DNA of 45,938 bases, counting the filler, from a bacterium (GTDB taxonomy: Bacteria; JACRDZ01; JAQUKH01): assembly GCA_028719205.1 (NCBI GenBank). It is 11 parts of 11 records of this genome, joined end to end, with 100 filler letters (N's around TTAATTAATTAA, not from the genome) between each part and the next. Parts side by side here need not be neighbours in the genome. Positions count along the whole stretch, not along the records: positions 28,206 to 31,376 come from JAQUKH010000063.1; positions 31,477 to 34,607 come from JAQUKH010000064.1; positions 34,708 to 37,598 come from JAQUKH010000065.1; positions 37,699 to 40,523 come from JAQUKH010000066.1; 7 more parts are not named here. One strand, given 5' to 3'. The translations under genes were made by a program, and so were the position numbers. Numbering within the stretch: position 1 is the stretch's first letter; every line of letters starts with the position of its first letter. The notes under the pieces are model-generated. The model had not been told where the DNA came from and searched no databases. It worked only from the letters and a program-made list of their open reading frames with translations. This document shows positions 29,786 through 38,049 of the stretch, piece after piece.

Positions 29786-31000
29786 ATGGATTTTATGAAA
29801 AATAAAAAATCTGAAATAAAATACATAATAATAGTTGGTGATGGAATGGCGGATTATCCTGTGAAGGAGTTAGGAAATAAAACGCCGTTAGAATACGCGA
29901 GAACCCCTAATATGGATTTTCTCGCGAGACAGGGTAAAGTCGGTTTAGTGAAAACAATTCCTGATGGTGTGCCTCCCGGCAGTGATGTCGCGAATTTAAA
30001 TGTTTTAGGGTATGAACCAGCGAAGTATTATTCGGGTCGCGGGCCATTAGAAGCCGCCAGCCTTGGAATTAAACTCGGGCATGATGAGACCGCGTGGAGA
30101 TGCAATCTTGTCAATATTGAGAACGGAATGATGAATGATTTTACGGCAGGCCACATAACGAGCGAAGAAGCAAAGAAGCTTATAAAGATAATTAATAATA
30201 ATCTGCAAACCGATAAATTAAAATTTTATCCAGGAGTCAGCTACCGCCATATAATGGTTAGCACGGATATTCCTGAAGGTATTAGTTGCGTGCCGCCTCA
30301 TGATATAACCGGACAGCCGATCGAAGCTTATCTTCCAAAAGGCGGGGGTTCGGATGCTATTAAAGATTTAATGTTCGCGTCAAAGGAATTTTTGTCAAAA
30401 CATAAGGTAAATGTAGAAAGAAAAGCGCAGGGGAAAAAAGAAGCGAATATGATCTGGTTGTGGGGCCAGGGGAAAAATATCGCCTTCCCGTCTTTGAAAG
30501 AAAGGTTCGGCCTGACCGGTGGAGTAATAACGGCGGTTGATCTGCTTAAAGGTATAGGAAAAGTGATCGGTTTAAAATCGGTTAATGTTCCCGGCGCGAC
30601 GGGTTTTATTGATACGGCTTATGAAGCAAAAGCTTTACACGCGATAGATGTTTTAAAGAAAGATAATTTCGTGTTTGTTCACGTGGAATCGCCTGATGAG
30701 GCGGGCCATATGGGTGATGTTAACCTTAAGGTGCGGGCAATCGAGGATTTTGACCAGAAGGTTGTCGGGACTATACTGAGTAAAATAGGCGCTTTTGAAA
30801 AAGTCAGGATACTTCTGCTTCCCGATCATTATACTCCTGTATCATTAAAAACTCATAGTTCAGAACCTGTTCCGTTCATAATTTACGGGCAGGGAATTGA
30901 ACCTGACAAATTTGAAAGTTTCAATGAAAGAAATTCAAAAGATTCAGACCTTATTGTTGAACAAGGCTGGAAATTGATAGAATTATTGGTAGGAGGATAA
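29786..31000 (+). CDS. apgM: Cofactor-independent phosphoglycerate mutase family protein (ApgM-like; proposed homoserine kinase subfamily)
   Basis: GDGMAD, TPLE.A.TPNMD, PGSDVAN, GRGPLEAAS, HVESPDEAGH, PDH.TP, TH...PVP. Start moved to ATG 29786 after GGGGAG. Confidence 0.9.
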   Translation: MDFMKNKKSEIKYIIIVGDGMADYPVKELGNKTPLEYARTPNMDFLARQGKVGLVKTIPDGVPPGSDVANLNVLGYEPAKYYSGRGPLEAASLGIKLGHDETAWRCNLVNIENGMMNDFTAGHITSEEAKKLIKIINNNLQTDKLKFYPGVSYRHIMVSTDIPEGISCVPPHDITGQPIEAYLPKGGGSDAIKDLMFASKEFLSKHKVNVERKAQGKKEANMIWLWGQGKNIAFPSLKERFGLTGGVITAVDLLKGIGKVIGLKSVNVPGATGFIDTAYEAKALHAIDVLKKDNFVFVHVESPDEAGHMGDVNLKVRAIEDFDQKVVGTILSKIGAFEKVRILLLPDHYTPVSLKTHSSEPVPFIIYGQGIEPDKFESFNERNSKDSDLIVEQGWKLIELLVGG

Positions 31001-31376
31001 ATGGCATTTATCGTTCAAAAATTTGGCGGCACATCAGTGGGTAACGCGGAGAGAATTAATATTGTGGCAAAACGCGTTATTGCTGATAAAAAGAAAAATA
31101 ATAAAATAGTGGTGGTGGTTTCAGCCATGGGCGATACTACCGATGACCTGATCGACCTGGCCCACCAGATCACTAAGAAGCCAAGCGACAGGGAAATGGA
31201 CATGCTTCTGTCAACAGGAGAACAGATCTCGATCTCGCTTTTGGCGATGGCAATTCATAACCTGGGGGAAGAAGCGATATCTTTTACAGGCCCGCAGGTA
31301 GGGATATTGACTGATAATATCCATCAGAAGGCAAAGATAATAAGCATAAACGGCGACCGGATCCGGAAGGAACTTG
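31001..31376 (+). CDS. lysC: Aspartate kinase, 3'-truncated
   Basis: VQKFGGTSV, VVVSAMGDTTD, REMDMLLSTGEQ. Confidence 0.96.
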
Positions 31377-31476
31377 NNNNNNNNNNNNNNNNNNNNNNNN
31401 NNNNNNNNNNNNNNNNNNNNTTAATTAATTAANNNNNNNNNNNNNNNNNNNNNNNNNNNNNNNNNNNNNNNNNNNN
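31377..31476. other. Artificial contig linker
   Basis: N44-TTAATTAATTAA-N44. Confidence 0.99.
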
Positions 31477-31710
31477 AATGGCGCCGGCCTGGCCGGTTAA
31501 TCCCCCGCCGCGAACTGTAATATGTATATCAAATCTATCAAGCATCTTAGCTAATTCTAATGGTTCCTTTACCGATTTCTGCAAAATTAATCTTGGAAAA
31601 TATTCGGCGGCAGGCCTCTTATTTACTGTTATTACACCTTTGCCTTCAACAAGATAAACTCTCGCTATCGCGGTTTTTCTTCTACCTGTACTCAATTTAT
31701 TAATTACCAA
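31477..31710 (-). CDS. rpsI: 30S ribosomal protein S9, 3'-truncated
   Basis: TGRRKTAIARV, V.GGGLTGQAGAI. Confidence 0.96.
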
Positions 31711-31725
31711 AATATATCTCCTCTT

Positions 31726-32154
31726 TTAAAATTCCCATACTTCCGGTTTTTGAGCCGTTTGTTTATGCTCCGCACCCTTATATACTCTAAGGTGTCTCAT
31801 CAATGTTTTTTGCAGCCTGTTATGCGTTAACATTTTCCTGACCGCGTCATAAATAACAAGTTCAGGTTTTTTTTCCATCATCTCGGTGTAAGGAATCTCT
31901 TTCAATCCTCCGGGAAAATTAGAATGATACCGGTAAATTTTAGTTTCCGTTTTTTTCCCGGTCATAACAACCTTTGAGGCGTTTATTATAACAACCTCAT
32001 CCCCGCAGTCAAGGAAAGGTGTAAATTCAGGTTTATGCTTGCCTCGAAGCAGTTTTGCCACTTCACTGGCCATTCGCCCTAATACTTTTCCATCCGCGTC
32101 AATCATGTACCATTTTTTCGTAAAATCTTTTTGTTTTGGAAATAGTGTTTTCAT
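31726..32154 (-). CDS. rplM: 50S ribosomal protein L13
   Basis: WY.IDA.GKVLGR.AS, LRGKHKP.FTP..DCGD, HS.FPGGLK, AQKP. Confidence 0.97.
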   Translation of the reverse strand: MKTLFPKQKDFTKKWYMIDADGKVLGRMASEVAKLLRGKHKPEFTPFLDCGDEVVIINASKVVMTGKKTETKIYRYHSNFPGGLKEIPYTEMMEKKPELVIYDAVRKMLTHNRLQKTLMRHLRVYKGAEHKQTAQKPEVWEF

Positions 32155-32188
32155 TTTCTCTCTTAAATAATTTTTAAATAAAGAACAA

Positions 32189-32216
32189 ATTATATATGAT
32201 TATTTTTCTTTGTCAA
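32189..32216 (-). promoter_or_regulatory. Consensus sigma70 promoter for rplM-rpsI
   Basis: Minus strand TTGACA (32216-32211), 16 nt, TATAAT (32194-32189). Confidence 0.75.
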
Positions 32217-32469
32217 GCAAAAATTTTGAAACTTTCTTAATTTTGCAACAATAGCTTATTATAATTCTTTTAGAAAAAGTATTTACCGGTTTCAGGTTGT
32301 TTACTATAGAAAGTTTCTAATTACACAGATTATAAACGATTACACAGATAATAGCTATTATTTTATATTAAAATACAAAAAATGTATTTTTTTTTATTTT
32401 GTTTACTAATTTAATAAAAATGTTATATAATCGTCATTATTTCAAATCTTAATATAAAGGAGAAAAAAA

Positions 32470-32796
32470 ATGGCAGAAGCAAAAGGACTCAGCAAACCGG
32501 TAAAACTAAAAAAAGACCTGGCGGCATTTCTGGGAGCAACATCGCTTCCAAGAACAGAGATCACAAAGAAAATCTGGGATTACATTAAAAAGAATAAGCT
32601 TCAAACAAAGGCCAAAAACGGAAAACCTGAAAACGCGGGGAAATTTATCGTAACTGACGCAAAATTACTTACAATATTCAAGAACACAAAATCAAAGAGC
32701 GCATCAGGAAAAGTTACCGACCTCACCAATATAAAAGAAGGCCAGACAATTGATATGATGCAAATAGCATCCGTCGTCGGCGCGAACATAGAATAA
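32470..32796 (+). CDS. Stand-alone SWIB/MDM2-domain protein
   Basis: KPV.L...LAAFLG...LPRTEITKKIWDYIK.N.LQ...I..DAKL; RBS AAGGAG. Confidence 0.85.
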   Translation: MAEAKGLSKPVKLKKDLAAFLGATSLPRTEITKKIWDYIKKNKLQTKAKNGKPENAGKFIVTDAKLLTIFKNTKSKSASGKVTDLTNIKEGQTIDMMQIASVVGANIE

Positions 32797-32801
32797 TAAA
32801 T

Positions 32802-32832
32802 AAGGGGCCAGCCGTTAACGGGTTGGCCCCTT
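32802..32832. terminator. Terminator hairpin between convergent SWIB and ORF6N genes
   Basis: AAGGGGCCAGCC-GTTAACG-GGTTGGCCCCTT. Confidence 0.8.
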
Positions 32833-32849
32833 GATCTTTAACTATATTT

Positions 32850-33419
32850 TTACAGATATTTTTCAATCAAGACATCAGCTATAATATCCTTATCTTTTTT
32901 GTATTTACTTCTCTTCTCTCTTATAAATCCGATTTTCTTTGCGGGTTTTTGGGGAGATTCTAACAATTTTTTTATCGCGTCAAAAACAACTTCGAATTGA
33001 TAATCATATTTCTTTTCCATTTTTTCGATCTGTTGTCTTAAATCTTTGTAGGTTAAAAGCATTTTCCTGAGTTTCGTAAATGTTCTCATAATTTGAATAT
33101 TTACCTGAATGGCCCGTTCACTATTCAAAACACTTGAAAGCATCAAAATTCCATGTTCAGTAAATACGCGCGGTAACTTACGAGTTCCGCCCCAACTTGA
33201 TATTCCATTTTGGAACATCAAGTTTTGAATCTCATTTTTAGTCAATTGGAACATAAAATCTTCAGGAAATCGAGCTAAATTTCTACTTACTGCCTTATTT
33301 AGGTTTCCTGTAGTAATTTGATAAAGTACAGCTAACTCTTTATCAAACATCACCTTTTGCCCACGGATTATAAAAATTTTTTGTTCAATTTTTTCCTGCG
33401 AAACTATTTCATTTACCAA
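32850..33419 (-). CDS. ORF6N-domain (KilA-N-like) DNA-binding protein
   Basis: I..IRGQKVM.D..LA.LY, LN.AV.RN..RFPEDFMFQLT, WGG.RK.P..FTE.G..MLSSVLNS, C-terminal KIGF; TTG start after AGGGGTG. Confidence 0.93.
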   Translation of the reverse strand: MVNEIVSQEKIEQKIFIIRGQKVMFDKELAVLYQITTGNLNKAVSRNLARFPEDFMFQLTKNEIQNLMFQNGISSWGGTRKLPRVFTEHGILMLSSVLNSERAIQVNIQIMRTFTKLRKMLLTYKDLRQQIEKMEKKYDYQFEVVFDAIKKLLESPQKPAKKIGFIREKRSKYKKDKDIIADVLIEKYL

Positions 33420-33532
33420 ATTACACCCCTATTTTTCAAAAAACTTAATTCTTTGTTCTCTTGAAATCACAATTTGTGACTTCAAGTTTATAAACTCTTA
33501 CTTTGTAAGGTGCCAAATTGGCACCTTAAAGA
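33194..33532. repeat. Family of three related ~31-nt palindromes (33194-33224 in-gene; 33458-33488; 33502-33532)
   Basis: Minus-strand consensus TTRA-NG-T-NN-CA-AWW-TG-NN-A-YN-TYA; 10-14-bp arms around a 3-nt centre. Confidence 0.88.
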
Positions 33533-33549
33533 ACCATGATATTCTTCAT

Positions 33550-34607
33550 TTATTTCCGTGCTAAATTTACTGCTATCTCAAGCAGTTCTTCCTCGGATAT
33601 GCCTAAGTTTTGATAATTTTTATAATATTCTTCAATATATTTTTTATATTCTTCCGGTTTTATCATTTCTTCTCTTAGATCTTTTATCTTTTCAAGAAGC
33701 TTTTGTATCAGTTCATCATTTATTTCAATATTTTCTTTTTTAAGCCTTTCTTTATTCTTTTCCAGAACTGACTCCACAGCGGCGGCGCCGCTGTGCTTCC
33801 CAAAAATAAATTTATGCGTTCCGCCGACGGTCTCTTCGCGGATGAACTGGTAGATCAAGGGATTGATAAGAATACCCGCGGTATGGATACCGGACTCGTG
33901 GGCGAAAACACCTTCCCCGATTATCGGTTCATGCGCCTGGATGGGAACGCCTGAATACCGCTCCACCATCTTTCTTAATTCCACAAGCTTGTCATATTTA
34001 AAACCGGGGATATCAACCCCGTAAAGTTCTTTTAAGATCATTACAGTCAAATGCAGGGAAGTATTGCCGGCCCGTTCCCCGATACCGTTCGCGGTAATAC
34101 CGGCGTAAGTGGCCCCATGGCTCATAGCCCGCACTGTATTAAACGCGCCCATCCCGAAATCGTTATGGAAATGAGCCGTCATTGGGACACCGTCAAGGGC
34201 CTTTAACATTTTTGGCACATAAAAATCCACCGCCTCCGGCGTAAAAACTCCGCAGGTGTCGGAAAAACACATTCTCGTTCCGCCTGCCTTAACACAGGCC
34301 TTAGCCCATTCAACGCCATATTTGATATTTCCCCGGGAAGAATCTTCCGACGCGAACTCGATCCTGCTTATGCCTTTTTCTTTGGCGTATTTGATCACGT
34401 CGCAAACCATATTGGTATTTGCCTGATGATAAAAATCTAACTTGGTGTCCAGCCACTTTTCAACCGACCTTCCTTCTCTTTTCAATAATGTCTTGCCTAA
34501 TTTGTATTTTATATGCAGGTCTGAAAAAGTAGACAGGACCAGAATACTTACATCATCCGGCCTAGCCCCGATCTCAGCAAGTGTGTTAATGAAGATCGGA
34601 AGAGCGT
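33550..34607 (-). CDS. DRE-TIM metallolyase of the LeuA/homocitrate synthase family, without C-terminal regulatory domain, 5'-truncated
   Basis: SDLH, EDSSR, DTCG, HFHNDFG, NGIGERAGN, FAHESGIH, GKHSG. Confidence 0.88.
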
Positions 34608-34707
34608 NNNNNNNNNNNNNNNNNNNNNNNNNNNNNNNNNNNNNNNNNNNNTTAATTAATTAANNNNNNNNNNNNNNNNNNNNNNNNNNNNNNNNNNNNN
34701 NNNNNNN
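34608..34707. other. Artificial contig linker
   Basis: N44-TTAATTAATTAA-N44. Confidence 0.99.
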
Positions 34708-34795
34708 AATCCTTATTTAAATTTAGACGTAACTATCCAAATTTAAAGGATTTACACCAATAACATGGCTCCTTCATGCTCTGTTTTCAAATCAT

Positions 34796-35761
34796 TTGTG
34801 TTTTTTTTCAAAAAAAACTTGCACACGGCGTATTCAAGATAAAAAAGTACTGTTGTCCCATTTAACTTGCCCGGCGGATGCGGTTTATTTACCCACTGAA
34901 GAATATTTATCCGCTTACAAAAACGCTGAAAATAACCTTCAGCAGATTTTCAGGGTTGATGAATGGGGCATAGGTTACGAACCTTGTTCAACTTTCCATT
35001 TCACTCACATGAAACATCCGATGGAAAATTACGGAACTGTAAATGAATTACTGAATTATCCGTTTCCGCGGGTTGAAAAAAATAACCCTGCATTAAAAAA
35101 TGAGGTTAAAAGATTAAAAGAACAAGATTATTATGTAATGGGCAATGTGGTATCATTTATCTTTGAAAAAGCCTGGCATCTGCGCGGTATTGAGTCGCTG
35201 CTGATCGATTTTTACGAAAATGAAGAGTTTGCGGCTGTTCTTCTCGACAGAATACTCGAAATAAAAACGGAAATGGCCCTGGAACTGGTGAAGGCGGGAG
35301 TCGACCAGATCAACCTGGGAGATGACATCGGAACTCAGAAAAGTATGATTATGAGACCGGAAATGTGGCGGAAGTGGATCAAACCCCGTTTGGCGGGTTT
35401 TATCAGTTCAATTAAAGCAAAAGGCAAAGTGAATATTTTTTATCACAGCGACGGCTGTATTGAACCGGTAATAAACGACCTGACAGAAATCGGAGTTGAT
35501 ATATTGAATCCGGTACAACCTGAATGCATGAATCCATTTGTCTTAAAAGAACAGTTCGGACATGTTCTCTCCTTCTGGGGGGTTATGGGATGTCAAAGTA
35601 CAATGAGGTTCGGCACCGCGGCCCAGGTTGAATCTGAAACCAAAAAATATATTGATAGGGTCGGAGAGAACGGCGGTCTGGTTTTAGGCTTGATGAGCGT
35701 TGAACCGGATATCCCCTGGGAAAATATCATTGCTTTTTTTAATACGGTTGAAAATTATTGA
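34796..35761 (+). CDS. Uroporphyrinogen decarboxylase (UroD/MtaA-CmuA) family protein, N-terminus doubtful
   Basis: DEWG, FE.AW.LRG.E..L.D, GDDIGTQ, YHSDG, GVDILNPVQPECM, PWENI. Confidence 0.85.
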   Translation: MCFFSKKTCTRRIQDKKVLLSHLTCPADAVYLPTEEYLSAYKNAENNLQQIFRVDEWGIGYEPCSTFHFTHMKHPMENYGTVNELLNYPFPRVEKNNPALKNEVKRLKEQDYYVMGNVVSFIFEKAWHLRGIESLLIDFYENEEFAAVLLDRILEIKTEMALELVKAGVDQINLGDDIGTQKSMIMRPEMWRKWIKPRLAGFISSIKAKGKVNIFYHSDGCIEPVINDLTEIGVDILNPVQPECMNPFVLKEQFGHVLSFWGVMGCQSTMRFGTAAQVESETKKYIDRVGENGGLVLGLMSVEPDIPWENIIAFFNTVENY

Positions 35762-35800
35762 GAAAACCCAAAACATAAATCCATAATAAGGAGGACAGAG

Positions 35801-37531
35801 ATGGTAAAAAAAGCAAAACTTACCTTCGCGGAGCAGATAACAATTCTGCGGTGTTTCAGAGTATTAACAGCAGCCGCTTTAAAAATTTACCTGATTCCAG
35901 GCATATTCTACTGCGGCGAGCTGGCAGGAATGGATAAAAAAATCAATTCGGACAGCAAACTTTCAATTTACATCGTAGCTGATCCCACGTCTCAACTGGT
36001 ATTACCCGATTCCATTTTGACCGAAGCCGGCAATGATTTATATATCGTCGGAGCAAAAGGGGAATACGAATCCGGCAGTTTTGTTTTGAAATCTCCAATT
36101 TCCACAGTGAATAATAAAATTAAAATAACCGATTTAAAAAGTAAGGATGCGGTCATCCCGCAAGCTAATTTAGAGGTAAAAATAGTTAAATGCTGGTATC
36201 AGGGAATATCACCACCGAAGGGAACTCTTATTTACGATGAGTGGAAATCCAGTACCCTTTTATCTTATCGAACCACACCCCCGCCGCAGGAAAGTCTTGA
36301 AAGAAAATTGAAAGGAGAAAAAGTACTGGTGCCCGAACTGCTGGTCAACGACGACAAGCTGGTCGCGGTTGACTATTCCAAAAAGATAAATAACATTAAA
36401 TTAACCGGGACTTCTCCAGGTTCTGCCGAGCGTTATGTCGCTGTCATCGATAATAAATCCCTTGCCGAATATACAGATATTTTCGGCAAATCAAGATGGA
36501 AGATGAGAATTTCCAATAAAACATTTCCGGTTCAGGATGCGCCTGAGTTATTGCCTTTCGCGCTGCGGAAAGATGAAAATAAACAATTCATAATCACTGT
36601 AAAAATCCCGGAAAACATTAATGCCGGCATTTATCATGGAAATCTTTATATCCTGAATGAGCGGAACCGGGAGTTGGCGTGTTTGACCCTGAATCTCCGC
36701 GTTCTTCCATTTAAACTTCCGGAACCTAAAACTCATTATGACCTGAATAAAGAATTTACCTGCAGCTTGTACTATATGACGGCCGTTAATCCTAAACTGA
36801 AACCGGAAAAATATGGACTTGATCCGTTGTCAAGATCCATTGATCAGGCCAGGGAAGAATATAAAGACCTGCTAAAACATGGAGTGACTAATCCGACCAA
36901 TTACCAACTTTATTATCACGATTTGGACATTTTACGAAAAACTCTGAAATTGCGGAAAGAGGCGGGACTTAAAATCTCTCCCGTTTTCTTACTGGGGGTA
37001 AGGTTACCCATTACCTCTGATACAAAAAAATTGGAAAAATTCAAGAAAAAAGTAAAGCATATTATCGATATCGTAGAACTTGAATATGGTCATCGGGAAG
37101 TATATTTTTATGGAATCTGTGAAGCCTTCGGGAAAAAATTGACGGAACAAATACCGGCGTGGAAAACGATCCATGAGGCAGGAGGTAAAATTTTCGTTGC
37201 CGGTTATATGCCTAGAGATACCCGGCATGAAGGCGAGGATAATTTTTCCAGAGTGGGCGATATTCAGGATTTATTGGTGTGCGCGTATACTCTTTCCCCA
37301 AATGAAGCCGAAAAGTGGCATTCAAAGGGACATAAAATATTTTCTTATCACAATCCGCAAAGTGCGACGGAAAACCCTCATGCATACCGGGTAAATTATG
37401 GACTTAAATTGTGGATGGCAAATTATGACGGAGCCATGACATTTGGTTATCATGAACTGTTTGGACATCCTTATAACCTGAACTTCCCGGAAAAATTGTT
37501 TTTTTTGATAACCATAGGTTTTTTCGCTTGA
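35801..37531 (+). CDS. Hypothetical protein resembling GH123/DUF4091-like carbohydrate-active proteins, possibly C-terminally truncated
   Basis: RBS AAGGAGG; A.GEYE..SFV, V.IP....AG.Y.G, L.VLPF.LP, R..YG...W...YDG; abrupt low-complexity end. Confidence 0.5.
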   Translation: MVKKAKLTFAEQITILRCFRVLTAAALKIYLIPGIFYCGELAGMDKKINSDSKLSIYIVADPTSQLVLPDSILTEAGNDLYIVGAKGEYESGSFVLKSPISTVNNKIKITDLKSKDAVIPQANLEVKIVKCWYQGISPPKGTLIYDEWKSSTLLSYRTTPPPQESLERKLKGEKVLVPELLVNDDKLVAVDYSKKINNIKLTGTSPGSAERYVAVIDNKSLAEYTDIFGKSRWKMRISNKTFPVQDAPELLPFALRKDENKQFIITVKIPENINAGIYHGNLYILNERNRELACLTLNLRVLPFKLPEPKTHYDLNKEFTCSLYYMTAVNPKLKPEKYGLDPLSRSIDQAREEYKDLLKHGVTNPTNYQLYYHDLDILRKTLKLRKEAGLKISPVFLLGVRLPITSDTKKLEKFKKKVKHIIDIVELEYGHREVYFYGICEAFGKKLTEQIPAWKTIHEAGGKIFVAGYMPRDTRHEGEDNFSRVGDIQDLLVCAYTLSPNEAEKWHSKGHKIFSYHNPQSATENPHAYRVNYGLKLWMANYDGAMTFGYHELFGHPYNLNFPEKLFFLITIGFFA

Positions 37532-37598
37532 TTTTTTTGTTTTCATGGTTATATTATTTATGTTTTAATATAACCATGTATTAAAAGGAGGCGCTCAT
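37507..37598 (+). promoter_or_regulatory. Promoter/operator region and RBS for a gene cut by the contig end
   Basis: TTGATT at 37528, 13-bp inverted repeat CATGGTTATATTA-N9-TAATATAACCATG (37544-37578), AAGGAGG then AT at the edge. Confidence 0.65.
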
Positions 37599-37698
37599 NN
37601 NNNNNNNNNNNNNNNNNNNNNNNNNNNNNNNNNNNNNNNNNNTTAATTAATTAANNNNNNNNNNNNNNNNNNNNNNNNNNNNNNNNNNNNNNNNNNNN
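37599..37698. other. Artificial contig linker
   Basis: N44-TTAATTAATTAA-N44. Confidence 0.99.
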
Positions 37699-37950
37699 CA
37701 AAGCGACACTTGGACAAATATAGGAAGGAATAATTACAGTTTTCCTGCCGGATAAACTCTTCAGGCTTTCGGAGATCAGGTATAATCCCGCGGTCCCGGA
37801 ACAAGTTACCCAGGCATAAGGGCTGTTGTGATAAGATTTAAAATCAGCTTCTAAAGTAAAAAGATAGCTGTCTCTTTTTAAAAAAGACAATAAATCTTTC
37901 ACATAAAGGGGAAACCCGGCTGTGGGAGGAATTTCTCTGAATACGCTCAT
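37699..37950 (-). CDS. DegT/DnrJ/EryC1/StrS aminotransferase-like protein, 3'-truncated
   Basis: REIPPTAG.P, TCSGTA.L, VIIPSYICP.V. Confidence 0.8.
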
Positions 37951-38049
37951 TGTTTTAATTATATCACTAAAATACGCTGTGATAATTAATTTATTGCCGC
38001 AATCCGATATTATTTTGATTAAAAAAAAGATGTGCTATAATATCACCCA

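Noticed and set aside
33458-33532. Palindrome pair as a CRISPR array or intrinsic terminators
   Set aside because: The units differ inside the palindrome, the gap between them is only 13 nt, and there are no cas genes. The stems are not GC-rich with U-tracts, and they match an in-gene copy.
33490-33549. Small ORF across the upstream cassettes
   Set aside because: The frame giving SLRCQFGTLQ has no start codon or RBS and stops before the second cassette.
34708-34755. AT-rich hairpin at the contig start as a possible IS end
   Set aside because: Imperfect, at a contig edge, with no transposase or second end.
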